A DNA stretch of 64,000 bases from Eledone cirrhosa (Eukaryota), in contig OZ024744.1 in NCBI GenBank assembly GCA_964016885.1, positions 66,650,001 through 66,714,000 on the forward strand, read 5' to 3'. Positions within the stretch are counted from its first letter, which is position 1. Every line of letters starts with the position of its first letter. The notes under the pieces are model-generated. The model saw only the letters and a list, made by a program, of their open reading frames with translations, searched no databases and was not told the DNA's origin. Of the stretch, positions 50,039-62,820 are shown in pieces. The position numbers and the translations under genes are program-made.

Positions 50039-52215
50039 GTGGAGAATTCCCAGCTCTGGGAGCCGAGGAGCGGTGGCGCTGCTGAGAAAGGATCCGAACA
50101 AGGGGGATAACATAAATAATTTCAGGCCCATAACTCTGCTAAACAAGAGTTCAAGATTTTGGTCAAGGTGCTAGCAAAGAGGTTGGTGCTTGTCGTTGGT
50201 GGTCTGGTGGGAGAGGCGCAGACATGCGGAATTCCAGACAGATCCATTCACAACAACCTTCACCTCATGCAATACATCAGAGAGAGGGTAGCTAGGGAAC
50301 CTGGCACGGGTGGATCCTTGATTAATTTAGATCAGTCGAAAGCTTTCGATAGGGTCGACCATCGTTATCTGGTGGCAGTCCTGAGGGCGGCTGGCTTCGG
50401 GCCCATCTTCAGAGGCTGGATCGCTGCCATGCACAGTGACATCTGCTCTGTGGTGAGCATGAATGGTCACCTTTCGGAACCGTTCAACATCATGTGCTTG
50501 GTCCGCCAAGGATGTCTCGTCCCTCTTATACGTATTGACTCTTGAGCCATTACTGCACAAACTGGAGATGTTGAGGGGGATCCTGCACGAACAAGTATGC
50601 GGAAGATCCGTGTCAGCATATACAGATGATGTCACCGTAGTGATGTCGAACGCCAAACACATCGAGGCGATTGGCACTACACTAAGAGAATACGAAGCGG
50701 TGACAGGAGCAATGATCAACCAGGAAAAGTCGGTGGGCCTGCAGCTCGGCACCTGGAGAGGCAGGTCCATGCCGTCCAACAGCGTTGTCGGGCACTGGAC
50801 GGACGGACCGGTTAAATTGCTAGGGGTCTGGTTCAGTCCAGACCTCCAGACGGACAAAAACTGGGACGAGGTGATGAGCAGGGTGGCTTCTCTCACACAG
50901 AAATGGGCAGAGAGGAAGCTATCCCTGAGAGGTCGAGCGGAGGTGGCGAATGCGTACATCGCGTCCATCATCTACTACCGCCTGACCGTCATGCCGTGTC
51001 CTAAGTCTCACCTGACTGCACTGGAGCATTTGCTCTTTCGATTTTGTGGAAGGGACGTGCTCCGATGGTCAGGCAGTCCATCTGCTGTCAACACCCGCTA
51101 CGTGGGGGGCTGGGTATGCCGTGGCTGATGATGTGCAGACACGTGCTCAGGCTACGACATCTCCACCTCTTCCTCGACGGTGATCAGGTGTGGTCGTCGT
51201 TTGCTAGATGCATTTTTCCCCAGCTTGTTTCCTTGACGGAGCTGCAGTCCTGGGTCAAGCGAAGACGGAGAGGGAGCACTTGGAGACTGGAATGTCTTCA
51301 GGCACACACAGCCATCGATCAATCGGGCAATGTGATCGGTGGAAACTCCACCTTGGCGTTCTATAGAGGATTAGTGGAGGGGAAGAGCGACGACGTACTT
51401 GGGGAAACTCTAGGCGTCGACGAAAATCAACTAGCCAATCTCTTCAGGAGAACTTTCGGGCCGGGGCCTATGGACAACTTCCAGAAATCCCTGGCCTGGT
51501 AGTGCTACCGAGGAGCTTTGCCAGTTTGGGATAAACTCTATAGGCACGGAAGTGCCGTCAGCCGGGCATGTCCGAGATGCGCGCAGGACGACGAAACCAT
51601 CCTGCATGCACTCGTCCAGTGTCCGAGCATTGCTGACTTGTGGGTTTATGTCGAACACCTGCCGTCGCGTGTAGAACGGATCCGGCTATCAGCTGAGTCT
51701 ATCGTGAGGATTGCCCCGCCCTCTTCCTTTAGCCGGGAAGGGCAGGGAGTTTTTATCTGTCTGGTGGCCATGGCGAAAGAGATAGTATGGTGGACACGTT
51801 TGAAAGGGCTGAAGACGAGCACTTACCTCTTCGGTGATGCCCTGATTAACTTTTACAAATTTCATTTGAAAAGGAAAATCAGAGTAGAGAGGGAAGTGCT
51901 CTCTTTCCAGCATATTGTTGAAAGATGGGTGAGAGAGGCAAGGATGGCCTGAGTGAATGGACCTACTCTGAGTATATGCCTGTGAATTGAAGGTGGAAAA
52001 CTGGGAGAGGACACTTGCCCTGGTGGTCAGGGTCACCATGGATTTTTTTAATGGGCTTTCTCCCCTATTGGGAAATTTTTCATTGTTCTTTTTTGTTACA
52101 TCCTCTGTTTTTTGTTTTTTTACATGCAGAAATGCCCATTTGTACCGTCCTGTATTGTCCTGTACTGTCCTTAATATCTACTTTATGTAAACCCTTGTGG
52201 TTAATAAAGAAAGCA
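50039..52215 (+). mobile_element. 5'-truncated Tx1/L1-type LINE (RT to 3' end) with (ATT)n tail
   Basis: NFRPITLLN, LINLDQSKAFDRVDH, SAYTDDVTV and CPRCAQDDETILHALVQC; several frameshifts; ends cccttgtggttaataaagaaagc(att)n. Confidence 0.95.
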
Positions 52216-52241
52216 TTATTATTATTATTATTATTATTATT

Positions 52242-52883
52242 CTTTGAGTCTCAGTCGTTGATGTTATTTAACTGGAAAGTTTGTTGAAATGAATATCAAG
52301 CCGCTATTATTTTTATTATTGTTATTATTGTTCTTTGAGTCTCAGTCATTGATATTAGTAAACTGGAAAGTTTGTTGAAATGAATATCAAGCCACTACCT
52401 GCAGCCTCGGATATTCAGGACGTAACGGAGGTTTCTTGCTGTTCCCAGCAAGCATGCCTTTTGAAGCGTTCCAAAAAGCGTGGCAGGGCCAATTTTCTTT
52501 AACCATTTCTGGAAACTTTTTGAGATAGTACGTAGTGCGCCTATGACAATCGGGACCACTTTGACTTCATGGCAGTTCCAAATCCTTTTTACCTCCCACT
52601 TTAAGTCTTGGTATTGGTTAATTTTCTCCCTCTCCTTCTCTTGCACTCTCGTGTCGAATGGGCAGGCCACATCCACAATCAGGCACGATCTTTTTTCCTT
52701 GTCCAAAACCACCAGGTCAGGTCTATTGTGTTCCAGTTTCTTGCCCGTCTGTATCCTAAAATCCCACAGCACGTTTCACCTGATCGTTTTCTATCACCGA
52801 CTCTGGCTTATGCTCATACCACTTCTCAGAATGTGGAAAATTGTTTACTTTGCAAAGGTGCCAGTGGATCACCCTGCCCATCA

Positions 52884-52884
<1 letters not shown>
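52242..52884 (-). mobile_element. R4/Dong/HERO-type RLE non-LTR retrotransposon 3' fragment with duplicated 3'UTR, flanked by (TAA)n
   Basis: IHWHLCK...WYEHKPE, then LWDFRIQTGKKLEHNRPDLVVLD...IVDVACPFD...KEREKINQYQDL...VVPIVIGAL...LQKACLLGT. Confidence 0.9.
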
Positions 52885-52939
<55 letters not shown>

Positions 52940-53385
52940 GATAGTATGGTGGACACGTTTGAAAGTGCTGAAGACGAGCACTTACCTCTTCGGTGATGCC
53001 CTGATTAACTTTTTCAAATTTCATTTGAAAAGGAAAATCAGGGTAGAGAGGGAAGTGCTCTCTTCCCAGCATTTTGTTGAAAGATGGGTGAGAGAAGCAA
53101 GTATGGCCCGAATAAATGGGCCTTCTCTGAGTATGTGTCTGTAAATTAAAGGTGGAAAACTGGGAGAGGGCACTTGCCCTGGTGGTCAGGGTCACTGTGG
53201 TCTTTTAATGGGCTTTCTCCACAAATGTCCCTCGGAAGTCTCCCCCCTATTGGGGAATTTTTCTTTGTTATTTTATTACATCCTCTGTTTTTTACACGCA
53301 GAAATGCCCATTTGTACCGTCCTGTATTGTCCTGAACTGTCCTTAATGTCTACTTTATGTAAACCCTTGTGGTTAATAAAGAAAA

Positions 53386-53386
<1 letters not shown>
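52940..53386 (+). mobile_element. Tx1-type LINE 3' fragment between two (ATT)n tracts
   Basis: Nearly identical to 51780-52215; begins and ends at ATT arrays. Confidence 0.92.
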
Positions 53387-53446
<60 letters not shown>

Positions 53447-53943
53447 GAATGCCATGGTTGACGGAGGCTCGGCTCTGTAAGGTATTGTAATTTTTAACCG
53501 TTATAACAATTGTAAATTGTTTAAAACTTGAACCAAATTGTAGATAAAGACACCCTCCTCCTCGTGAGAGGGGTCTTTCTGCCTGTTATTTGGCCCTTCG
53601 GGGTTAAATAACCAGTTATTGGGGTTTTGTGCCCAATATTCATTTTAAACCGTAAAAAAAAATAGCTACAAAAAAGAATTTTCACAAGTCACTCCCACTC
53701 TTTCCGTCTTCTTTTTCCTCAATCTTCATTACGTCAGAGAAAAGATTGTCTCTCTCCCTCCCTTCTCTAAATGTGGTGTCGCCTCTTTCGCAAAGGACGC
53801 CATTAAAGAAAAAGAAAAATGTAGTTTCTCGTAGCGTTCTTCATCAATAGAATGCGTGTACCGTGGAACATTTCTCCACGACAACGACAACGACGAAAGA
53901 TGTGTGCGGTAAATACGGAAAGCCATTTCATTCGCCTGATGTC

Positions 53944-54065
53944 ATGAAGAATAGCAGCAGCAGCCGTTATAACAGCAGCAGCAGCAACAGTGGCGAGGCA
54001 AATACTAGTAGCAGTCGCAACAATATCAGCAGCAGCATAAACAACAACAACAGCAGCAGCAACAT

Positions 54066-54112
<47 letters not shown>

Positions 54113-55753
54113 ACAACAACCACAGCAACAGCGGCGGCGGCGGTCGTAGTACCAGCAGCAACAACAAAAGTAACAGCAGCTCTGACGACAACAACAACAA
54201 CAAGAAAGAAAAACCAATCTCGTTTGCAGGTTTTGCAAAGAACCTGGAAACCATCCTTATAACAAATGAGGAATTACAGGAAGCATGGAAGATGGTGACG
54301 AAAACCGGACACCGAACAATCTGCAAGGCAGCCGAAGAATTTTTCGAAACCCAACAGCACTGTACGGTCACGTACCATACAGTAGGCACAACACGTAGGG
54401 TTGAAAGAGCCACAAAGGCTCAAATACAAAAAGCCTTAGGGTCTGTGTGGCAGCGGAAAACGCATATCACCCGAGGCAAGAAATATGCCACCGTGGACGT
54501 GCTTTTTGCCACACCCAAGGAGGCAAAGGCTCAATCCTTAGTAACCCTAAGGAGCGAGGAAATGGTGTTGGTGCCCTCCTACTGCGGGCAAAAAATTGTG
54601 AGGGTCAAACTGACCCCCCCTCCCCCAGGATGGCCCCTTATTGGCTGGTCGCGTCTGTCCTCGTCGGAATCGAGGACAAAACAACCTGCAAGGGCAGAAA
54701 AAAGTACGAGAAGATTGGGTCGGCGCCTCCATTGAGATGTTAATTCAAACCAACCAGGAGTCCATCGAAGCTATCCCGGATGTGATAGACTTTGATAACG
54801 GCACTCAACTGCCCATAAGTGTTGATGGCAAACACTGGAAATGCTTTCGCTGTGGGTCGAAGACTCACCTCAGGGCTTTCTGCAATGAGAAGACCCTGAG
54901 AAAGGAGAAAACCCCCCTCCTTCCGAAAACGGATCCACTGCTACCAGCAACAGGACAGGCGTCAAGCAGCAAGGATAGGTCCGTGGCACCCATACCCACG
55001 CCACGGAAATCAAGAACAGCAGCAGCAGTGGAAGTATTAACAACAACAACAGTAATACCAACTGCAGCTGCAACAGAGACTCCACTGCAACCATCACCAA
55101 CAAGAACAAGTGAAAGATTGGAGCTGGTACCCCTCCCCGACCTCATAGAATCGGACATGGAGTATGAGGTGGGAGAGGGATGGCAAAAGGTCGCAAGAAG
55201 GCACAAATGCAGAAGCAGCGTATCGTCGCCTTCGAAAAGGGAGGGAAGAAATGAAAAACGGGTAAAGGCTACTGCAAAGAGACTTACAGCAGCAACACCA
55301 CCAACACCATCACCACCCAAACTAGCACTACCATCACCACCGGCGGTAACCCCACCACCAACAACAACAACACCTTCAACAACACCACAACAAGCACCAA
55401 CATCGCAAGCACAACAACAAAACACACACACCCAGCAACAACGACAAGAAAATAGCAGAACCACATCCACCCCCAGAAAAAGAAATGCACAGCAAAAAAT
55501 ACACACAACAAGAAACTAATGACTTACATAATTGAACACAGACATTTCACAGCACGACTACATAATACCAGCACCAATCAAAACACCAACGAACATAAGA
55601 CTGGTAAGAATATCACAGAAACAATACACAAACATCAAAATGAAATTCCCCAACGCAGTTGGTGATTTCAGAGACCTAGGAGGGACATTCAACCGGAGAG
55701 TATACTCGGATATACTCGCAGAAGAGCCGACGACCAGCCGAAGGGACGATTGA
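53944..55753 (+). pseudogene. Tx1 ORF1 (gag-like RNA-binding protein), frameshifted
   Basis: S/N-rich N-terminus, RRM-like segment (YATVDVLFAT), zinc knuckle CFRCGSKTHLRAFC and a P/T-rich C-terminus; split over three frames. The start codon is uncertain. Confidence 0.85.
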
Positions 55754-55818
55754 TTGGTCCCTTCACCAGACGATCAAGGTAAGTGATCCTTTCTCACTTG
55801 CCCCGTTCCTCACCCAAC

Positions 55819-58800
55819 ATGGCCGTATTGAGGATCGGAAGTGTAAACGTGCGTGGCTTGCGCTCGGTTTGGAAGCAGGGTCACTTGCTTAACGACCTCA
55901 GGTCACTAAACATAGATGTGGTGGCCATCAGCGAGACGAGAATCTCCGAAACGCAAGCCTACGCACCGATCTTCGACGGTTACGAGGTGTACGCATCTCC
56001 GAGCCGTCCGGGAGCGGGGGGCGGAGTGGCAGTGTTGTTTCGGAAAGGCTTGGGTCTCGCCATACGGACCATCTTCCTTGACCAAGAAGGTAAGTCGGTG
56101 GTGCTGGACGTGAACGGCACCGAAGGCAACGCTTTCAGGCTAGTAGCTCTCTATGCCCCGACAGGGACAGGGACGGGACGGCCAGATTTCTTTAGACGTC
56201 TAGAGACCTCTCTTGGAACGTCCCGCTCTTTAGTGTTAGTGGGCGACTGGAACGGTATCTTGGATGCACGCTGGGATTGTGTGGGGCTAGTGGATAGGGC
56301 AGGAGGGTGCAAGAGCATCACCAACCTGCTCAGACGTTTTGAACTGTCTGACAGGTAGCGACTGGATCACCCGAATGTGCCAATGTGGATATGGCCAAAC
56401 CGCATCGGGTTATCCAGATCGTATCTCGATAGGGTATTCTGCAGAGAACTAGATAAGGCTAGTATAAGTTGTCCACAATTTAAAATAGTCGACTACGCAG
56501 ACCACAAATTTGTGATCTGTGAGATCGACATAGACAGACTTCATAGACAAGGGCCTGGTTACTGGAAGCTGAACGCGTCTTTCCCGGCGCGCAAAGCCAA
56601 CAGAGACCGGATTAGCGTATTAGTTAAGCGGGCGTTGACGGGAGCGGTCGTCAACAACAGGTGGTGGTTCGCCCTGAAAAGGGCAATTAAAGTAGAGTCG
56701 ATTAGGTTTAGCAAAGGAGTAGTGATAGAGGAAAATAGAGTAGAGGGAGAGCTAGTCAGAAAGCTAGAAGAGGCGTTTAGGACAGGCATCGCAAACGACG
56801 TGCTTGCGGCGAGGTGGCACTCGACCAATTCTTCAACGCAAAATACGAAGGCTGCGTTGTCAGAGCTAGAGCGCGTGCTCTGAAACACGAGGGGGACAAA
56901 AGCCGTCCAATGGGCCCGGGTGGCAGAGGCGCGACGTGGCAACAAAGCCACAATTCAGTCTTTGTCTGACCAAAACGGACGCGTGTTGCTTGAACCCGAG
57001 AAGATGTGTGAAGCTTTTCAGCAGCACTTTGCTGAACTGTTCGGGAGCAGCGACGGGCCGGATCGGGGCATGGACTTCAGTGCATACCTCGACGGACTGC
57101 CTCGGCTCTCGACGACCGCAGCACAGTGTTGCGAAAAGCCAATAACAGCCGGTGAAATACAGGAAGCGATGGTTAACTGCACGAGGGGTAAATCGCCAGG
57201 TTTGGATGGTCTGCCCTACGAGCTTTATGCATTTATGCCAGACTTGTTCGGTGACCTCTTGGCAGACGTCTACTGCAACTGGCAGCAGAACGGGAGCATT
57301 CCTAGTTTCGTGAGCCGGGGAGCAGTGGCGCTGCTGAGAAAAGACCCGAACAAGGGGAATATTATCGATAATTTCAGGCCCATAACTCTGCTAAACGCAG
57401 AGTTCAAAATTTTGGCCAAGGTGTTGGCAACGAGGTTGGCGCTTGTCGTAAAGGGTCTGGTGGGAGAGGCACAGACATGCGCCATTCCGGACAGATCCAT
57501 ACACGACAACCACCACCTCATGCCATACATCATAGAGGGGGTGGTTAAGGAACCTGGTATGGGTAGGGCCCTGATCAACTTGGATCAATCCAAAGCATTC
57601 GATAGGTTCGACCATCGGTACCTGGCGGCGGTCCTCGAGGCAGCCAGTTTCGGGCCCGTTTTCAGGGGTTGCATCGCAGCAATGTACAGCGAGATCATTT
57701 CAGTTGTGAGGGTCAACGGTCACCTATCGCAGCCGTTCAGCATCATGCGATCAGTCCGCCAGGGTTGTCCCCTCTCGTCCCCCTTGTACGTATTGGCTCT
57801 CGAGCCGTTACTGCACAAACTGGGGGCGATGAGGGGCGTCCCACGCGAACTAGGATGTGGGAAATCCGAGTCGGCTTACGCTGAGGACGTCACCGTGGTG
57901 GTGTCGAGCACCAGACACGTCCAGATGCTCGGCACCGCTCTCAAGGAATACGAAGCGGTGACAGGAACAAAGATAAACCAGGAAAGTCGGTGGGCTTGCA
58001 GCTCGGCACCTGGAGAGGCAAGTCCATGCCGTCCGACAGCGTCGTGGGGCGTTGGTCGGACGGACCGGTTAAATTGCTCGGAGTCTGGTTCGGACCGGAC
58101 CTCCAGATAGAGAAAAACTGGAACGAGGTGACGAACAGGTTGCCTACCTCACCCAGAAATGGGCCGAGAGGAAGCTGTCCTTGAAAGGCCGGGCGGAGGT
58201 GGCGAATGCATACATCGCATCCGTCATCTGCTACCGCCTCACCTTCGTCCCTTGCTCCAGCCCAACTCTCACCAAAATGGAGCGACTCCTCTTCCGCTTT
58301 TTGTGGAAGGGACGCGCTCCCATGATCAGACGATCCATCTGCTGTCAACACCCGTTGCGTGGAGGACTGGGCATGCCATGGCTGATGATGCACAAACATG
58401 AGCGGAGGCTGCGACATCTCTGGTGCTTCCTTGATGGTGAGCAGGTGTGATCACCGTTCGCTAGGCACGTTTTCCAACAGCTCGTCTCCTTGACGGAGCT
58501 GTAGTCCTGGGTCAGAAAAAGACCGAGGGATAGCGCTTGGAAACTGGAATGTCTCCAGGCGCTCACTGCCCTCTGCCAGCTGGGCACCAGTATCGGTGGA
58601 ACATCCACCTCAGCGTTCTATAGAGGACTAGTGGAGGGGAAGAGCGACGACATTCTTGGAGAGATCCTGGGATTCGAAGAAGATCAGCTGTTTGCTCTCT
58701 TCCGGAGAACTTTCAGCCCGGGGCCTATGGATAACTTCCAAAAATCCCTGGCCTGGCAGTGCCACCGTGGAGCGCTGCCGGTTCGACATAAGCTCTACAG

Positions 58801-59242
58801 GCACGGAAGTGCCGTCAGCCGAGCCTGTCCGAGATGCGCGCAGAGCGACGAAACCGTCGTGCACTCACTCGTTCAGAGCCCGAACATTGCTGACTTGTGG
58901 AGCTATGTCGAACAGTTACTGTCGCGTGTAGGACTGATCCAGTTGTCGACTGAGTCCATTGTGCAGATGGTCTCGCCGTCTTCCTTCGAGGAGGAAGGGC
59001 AGGCGGTTTTCATCTGCCTTGTGGCCATGGCGAAAGAGATTGTGTGGTGGACAAGGTTAAAAGGGTTAAAGACAGACACTTTCTTCTTCGGCGAATCCCT
59101 AATTAACTTTTTCAAGTTTCACTTGAAGAGGAAAATTAGGGTGGAGAGGCAAATGCTGCCTTCTAGCAAGTTTGTTGAAAGGTGGGTGAATGTAGCGAGA
59201 ATGGTCCGAGTGAACGGGACCACTCTGAATATACGTCTGTAG
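55819..59242 (+). pseudogene. Tx1 ORF2 (APE endonuclease plus reverse transcriptase), with several stops and frameshifts
   Basis: APE motifs GSVNVRGL, AISETR, GDWN, SYLDRVF, ADHK and GYWKLN; RT motifs PGLDGLP, NFRPITLLN, DQSKAFD, VRQGCPLS and YAEDV; C-terminal CPRC...HSL. TAG at 56356-56358. Confidence 0.93.
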
Positions 59243-59495
59243 TTTGAGAAATGGAAAAATTGAGAGAGGGCGCTTGCCTTGGTGGTCAGTTTTCATTGTT
59301 TCAATTTTCATTTTTATTGTTTATATATATATATGTTTCTATGTCCTTTTTTTTTCATTTCTTATATAAATAATAAAAATATTTACACGCACAAAACCCA
59401 CATCGTACCGTCCTGTACCGTCCTGTGCCGTCTGTAATGTTTTTCTTGATGTCAGCCCTTGTGGCCAATAAAGAAATCATTATTATTATTATTAT

Positions 59496-59677
59496 GGTGG
59501 ATTGGCAGTATCAGTAGAGGGTTGGACACCATGCTTTGTAGCATAGTTATGTCCGTTTATGGTCTGAGTTCAAATCCCGTCGAGGTTAACTTTGCCTTTC
59601 ATCCTTACGGGGTCGATAAAATAAAGTACCAGTAATGTACTGGAATAATTGCTGGCCTTGTGCCAAAAGTAGAAACA
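59496..59677 (+). mobile_element. SINE family A inserted in the (ATT)n tail of the Tx1 LINE
   Basis: (att)n-ggtggattggcagta...gagttcaaatccc...ggccttgtgccaaaagtagaaaca-(att)n. Confidence 0.92.
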
Positions 59678-59723
<46 letters not shown>

Positions 59724-59724
<1 letters not shown>

Positions 59725-60568
59725 AGCTGCATTTATCTTGCTTTATGTTCATACGAGTTATCACCAAGTCACAACCAGTGACCTCAAGAGTCAACAAGGT
59801 CCGCCATGTTCAAGAAAGAGCATACATACTCACACATGCATCTTTAGGTGTTTAGACTTGTGATGTACTTATATTGACAGAATCTTCCTTAGTATATGGG
59901 CAGTTCTCATTAGTACTATCTTTTGTATTTCTCCTATACGCGGGTTTCCTGGGATTTGCGATAAGTAATCATAAGACCCCTTAGGTATCATTCCTAGAGC
60001 GCCTACAACCACTGGTATTGTTTTAGTTCTCAATTTCCACATTTTTCCAATTTCTATCTCCAGGTCCTTATACTTGCTCAATTTTTCAAATGTTTTTATA
60101 GATACATTCTTGTCTATTGGAACGGACATATCAATTAGCAGGCATACCCTCTTTTGAAAGTCCTTCAATATTATATCAGGTCTATTTGCATCTATTTTTC
60201 GGTCTGTTTGGATGCTAAAGTTCCACAAGATTGAGATGTGATCTTTTTCAAGTATGAGAGGTGGTTGATGCTCCCACCAATTCTTTTGATGGGGCAGGTC
60301 AAAATGCTTACACATTATCCAATGTATGTATTGTGCAGCTCTGTCATGCCTGTTTAGGTATTCGGTTGGAGCTATAGGACTGCACATTGAAATTATATGG
60401 TCAATGGTTTCTGGTTGTTTTTTACATACACGGCATAATGGGCTGCATCCATTTTTTATTATGTTGGCTTGGTAATTTTTTGTTGGCAGACACTGATGTT
60501 GTGCTGATATAATCAGTCCTTCAGTCTCCGATTTCAGTCCAGAGGATGCCAACCACTGATGGGTTAAA
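59724..60568 (-). mobile_element. R4/Dong/HERO-type RLE retrotransposon 3' fragment flanked by (TAA)n
   Basis: Open 227-aa frame: ETEGLIISAQ, CCHC motif CRVCKKQPETIDHIISMC, RHD, RPDII...LIDMSVP, EKLSKYKDL and IPVVVGALG. Confidence 0.92.
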
Positions 60569-60604
<36 letters not shown>

Positions 60605-60893
60605 GGCGACCTACGTAGGAAATCGTATTATCGTGAGCTCCGCAAAGGTTTGTTATTTCCGTTTGTTTAAAAATTGCCATTTATGGAAAATTTTATTGTT
60701 TACTGTTTATAAGCACACATACATTGTTTTCCGAAAAGGACACCTAAAAAGATTGGGGCCTTGTGCCCAAAATTTTAACTTTTATTATTATCCAAAAATT
60801 TCTTTGAAAAAAAAATGGCTACTTCACCTCTGCACGAAGCAGCTGAAAGCCTTCCTCACAAAATAACACCTCACACCGACACCACCATTGTAA

Positions 60894-62786
60894 ATGTTAC
60901 TACGTTTGCCAACACAAAAAAAAAATATAAGCAGTAGCAATATTTTAAATTTGTCTCAGGCAGACATTCATTTCCCGCCATTACCAATGACTGCAGGTGT
61001 TAAACCCTCCACCACCACCACCACCACCACCGCGACAACAGAAACAAAAGAAGAAAAAAATAAATTAACTCGTGATGTCGAAATGAAATCAAGCAAAATG
61101 GACTCTTCCCCACCAAAGACGACTGACGTCACCACCACCACAACTGAAAATAAAATTAATATTAACGATAGCAATAACAACAACAATGACATTATAAAAC
61201 CGACCCTCAGTTTCGCCATCGTAGCAAAACAATTCGAAGCGTTCACGGTAACTCAAGAAGATTTAGAAAATGACAAACAAATGGTAAAGAAAGATGGGTA
61301 CAGGGTCAGCCTCACCCCCCCCCCCCACCTAATAAAATGGAGCATCGGCACCTGTGCACCGTGTCGTATAGAACAATAAATGTAAAATCGCGCCGAGTGG
61401 AACGGGCATCCGAGTCCCAAATCCAAAAAGCTTTGGGACATGTGTGGGCAAGAAAAACCCACATCAGACGTGGGCAAAAGTATGGAACCGTGGATGTGTT
61501 CTTTGAAACACCAGAGGAGGCTAGAGAACACTCCATGGCCCCATTAAAAAGTGACGACCTCACACTCGTCCCAAGCTATTGTGGCCAGAGACTCGTAAAG
61601 ATCAGGGTGACCCACGTTCCACCGGCCATCGAAATTCCCTGGCTAATAGCGGCTGTCCTCGCTGGCATCGAAGCCAACACGAAAATAATAGCAGTAGCAA
61701 AAGAAAAGCAGGAAAACTGGTCCGGATCTGGGATGGAGCTCCTGATTCAAGCGGACCAAAAAAGCATTGAGGAGATCCCAGAGGTAATAGACCTCACTGA
61801 CGGCAGCCACCTCACGGTAATTGTCGAGGACAGAAGACCTAGGTGTGTCGTTTGTGGTGAAGGAACCCACCTAAGGGCTTTCTGCCCTCAGGCTAAAAGG
61901 TTGAGGCCACCTCTCCTACCCACCCCAGTGACACAACCATCAACACCACCAGTAGCAGAGATGGCAGCAACAACTGTAGCAGCAACAACAGAAGCAACTA
62001 TAACAGCAACAACCCCAGCAACAGTAGCAAAACCACCACCACTACCACCACCAGCAAAACCAACACCACCACCACCCAACGCTTCAGAACTAGCACCAGC
62101 GCCTACACCATCCACCACACCACAACCAAAACTAACGGCTGTGGAGGATTTTCCACTCCCCGGCCTATCACAACTGGAGACAGATTGTGACGACGAGGAG
62201 TGGGAAACGATATCCGGAAAAAAAAAAAGAAACCAAAAAAGAAAAAATTCTCTTCCTTCCCCCATCCAAAAACAAAATACAGAGGGAAACAAATAAACTA
62301 AGAAACAAAAAAGTTAGGACAGATATGCCACCATCCACACCAGCATCACCAACCCCATCAACCCAAACACCAACACCATCACCATCATTATCCCCAGCAC
62401 CACCATCACCTACACCACAAAAGTCACCAAAAAGCGAAACAGAAACAAACCCACAACAAACGCAAACAAAACAAAACAACCAAAACGATACACACTACAC
62501 AGCATTAAATTTGAACAACAAGCAATTATTACACTACATCCAACACAACACCAGCATCACAGAAAAAGACTACACAACAACCCCAAAATTCACACCACCT
62601 CCACACATACAAATCACTCGCATCACACAGAAAACGTACATGACACTAAAACAAAAATTCCCCAAAGACATCGGAGACTTCCGACAAGCACTCTCCAGGA
62701 GGATTTATAAGGACATCCTTCCTGAGGAGGCCACAAGCAGTGAAAAGGATGGAAAAGCCGTCCTTCCCCTACGAGAAGTAAGGTAA
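60894..62786 (+). pseudogene. Tx1 ORF1, split only near two homopolymer runs
   Basis: Three overlapping frames (60894-61379, 61337-62296, 62187-62786) switch near C12 (61315-61326) and A11 (62218-62228); knuckle CVVCGEGTHLRAFC. The start codon is uncertain. Confidence 0.8.
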
Positions 62787-62820
62787 GTGGTCTTTCCCAT
62801 CTTTTCCACTCCTTTTCAAC

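Larger units (their letters stand above)
53447..59478 (+). mobile_element. Full-length (~6.0 kb) Tx1/L1-clade LINE inserted in (ATT)n; ORFs disrupted
   Basis: 5'UTR, ORF1 with a CCHC knuckle, ORF2 with APE-RT-Cys-rich domains, and a 3'UTR ending cccttgtggccaataaagaaatc(att)n. ATT arrays lie on both sides. Confidence 0.95.

Noticed and set aside
54865-55511. Antisense ORFs over the Tx1 ORFs (also 61888-62479 and 63153-63969)
   Set aside because: They are shadows of the A/C-rich sense-strand coding sequence.
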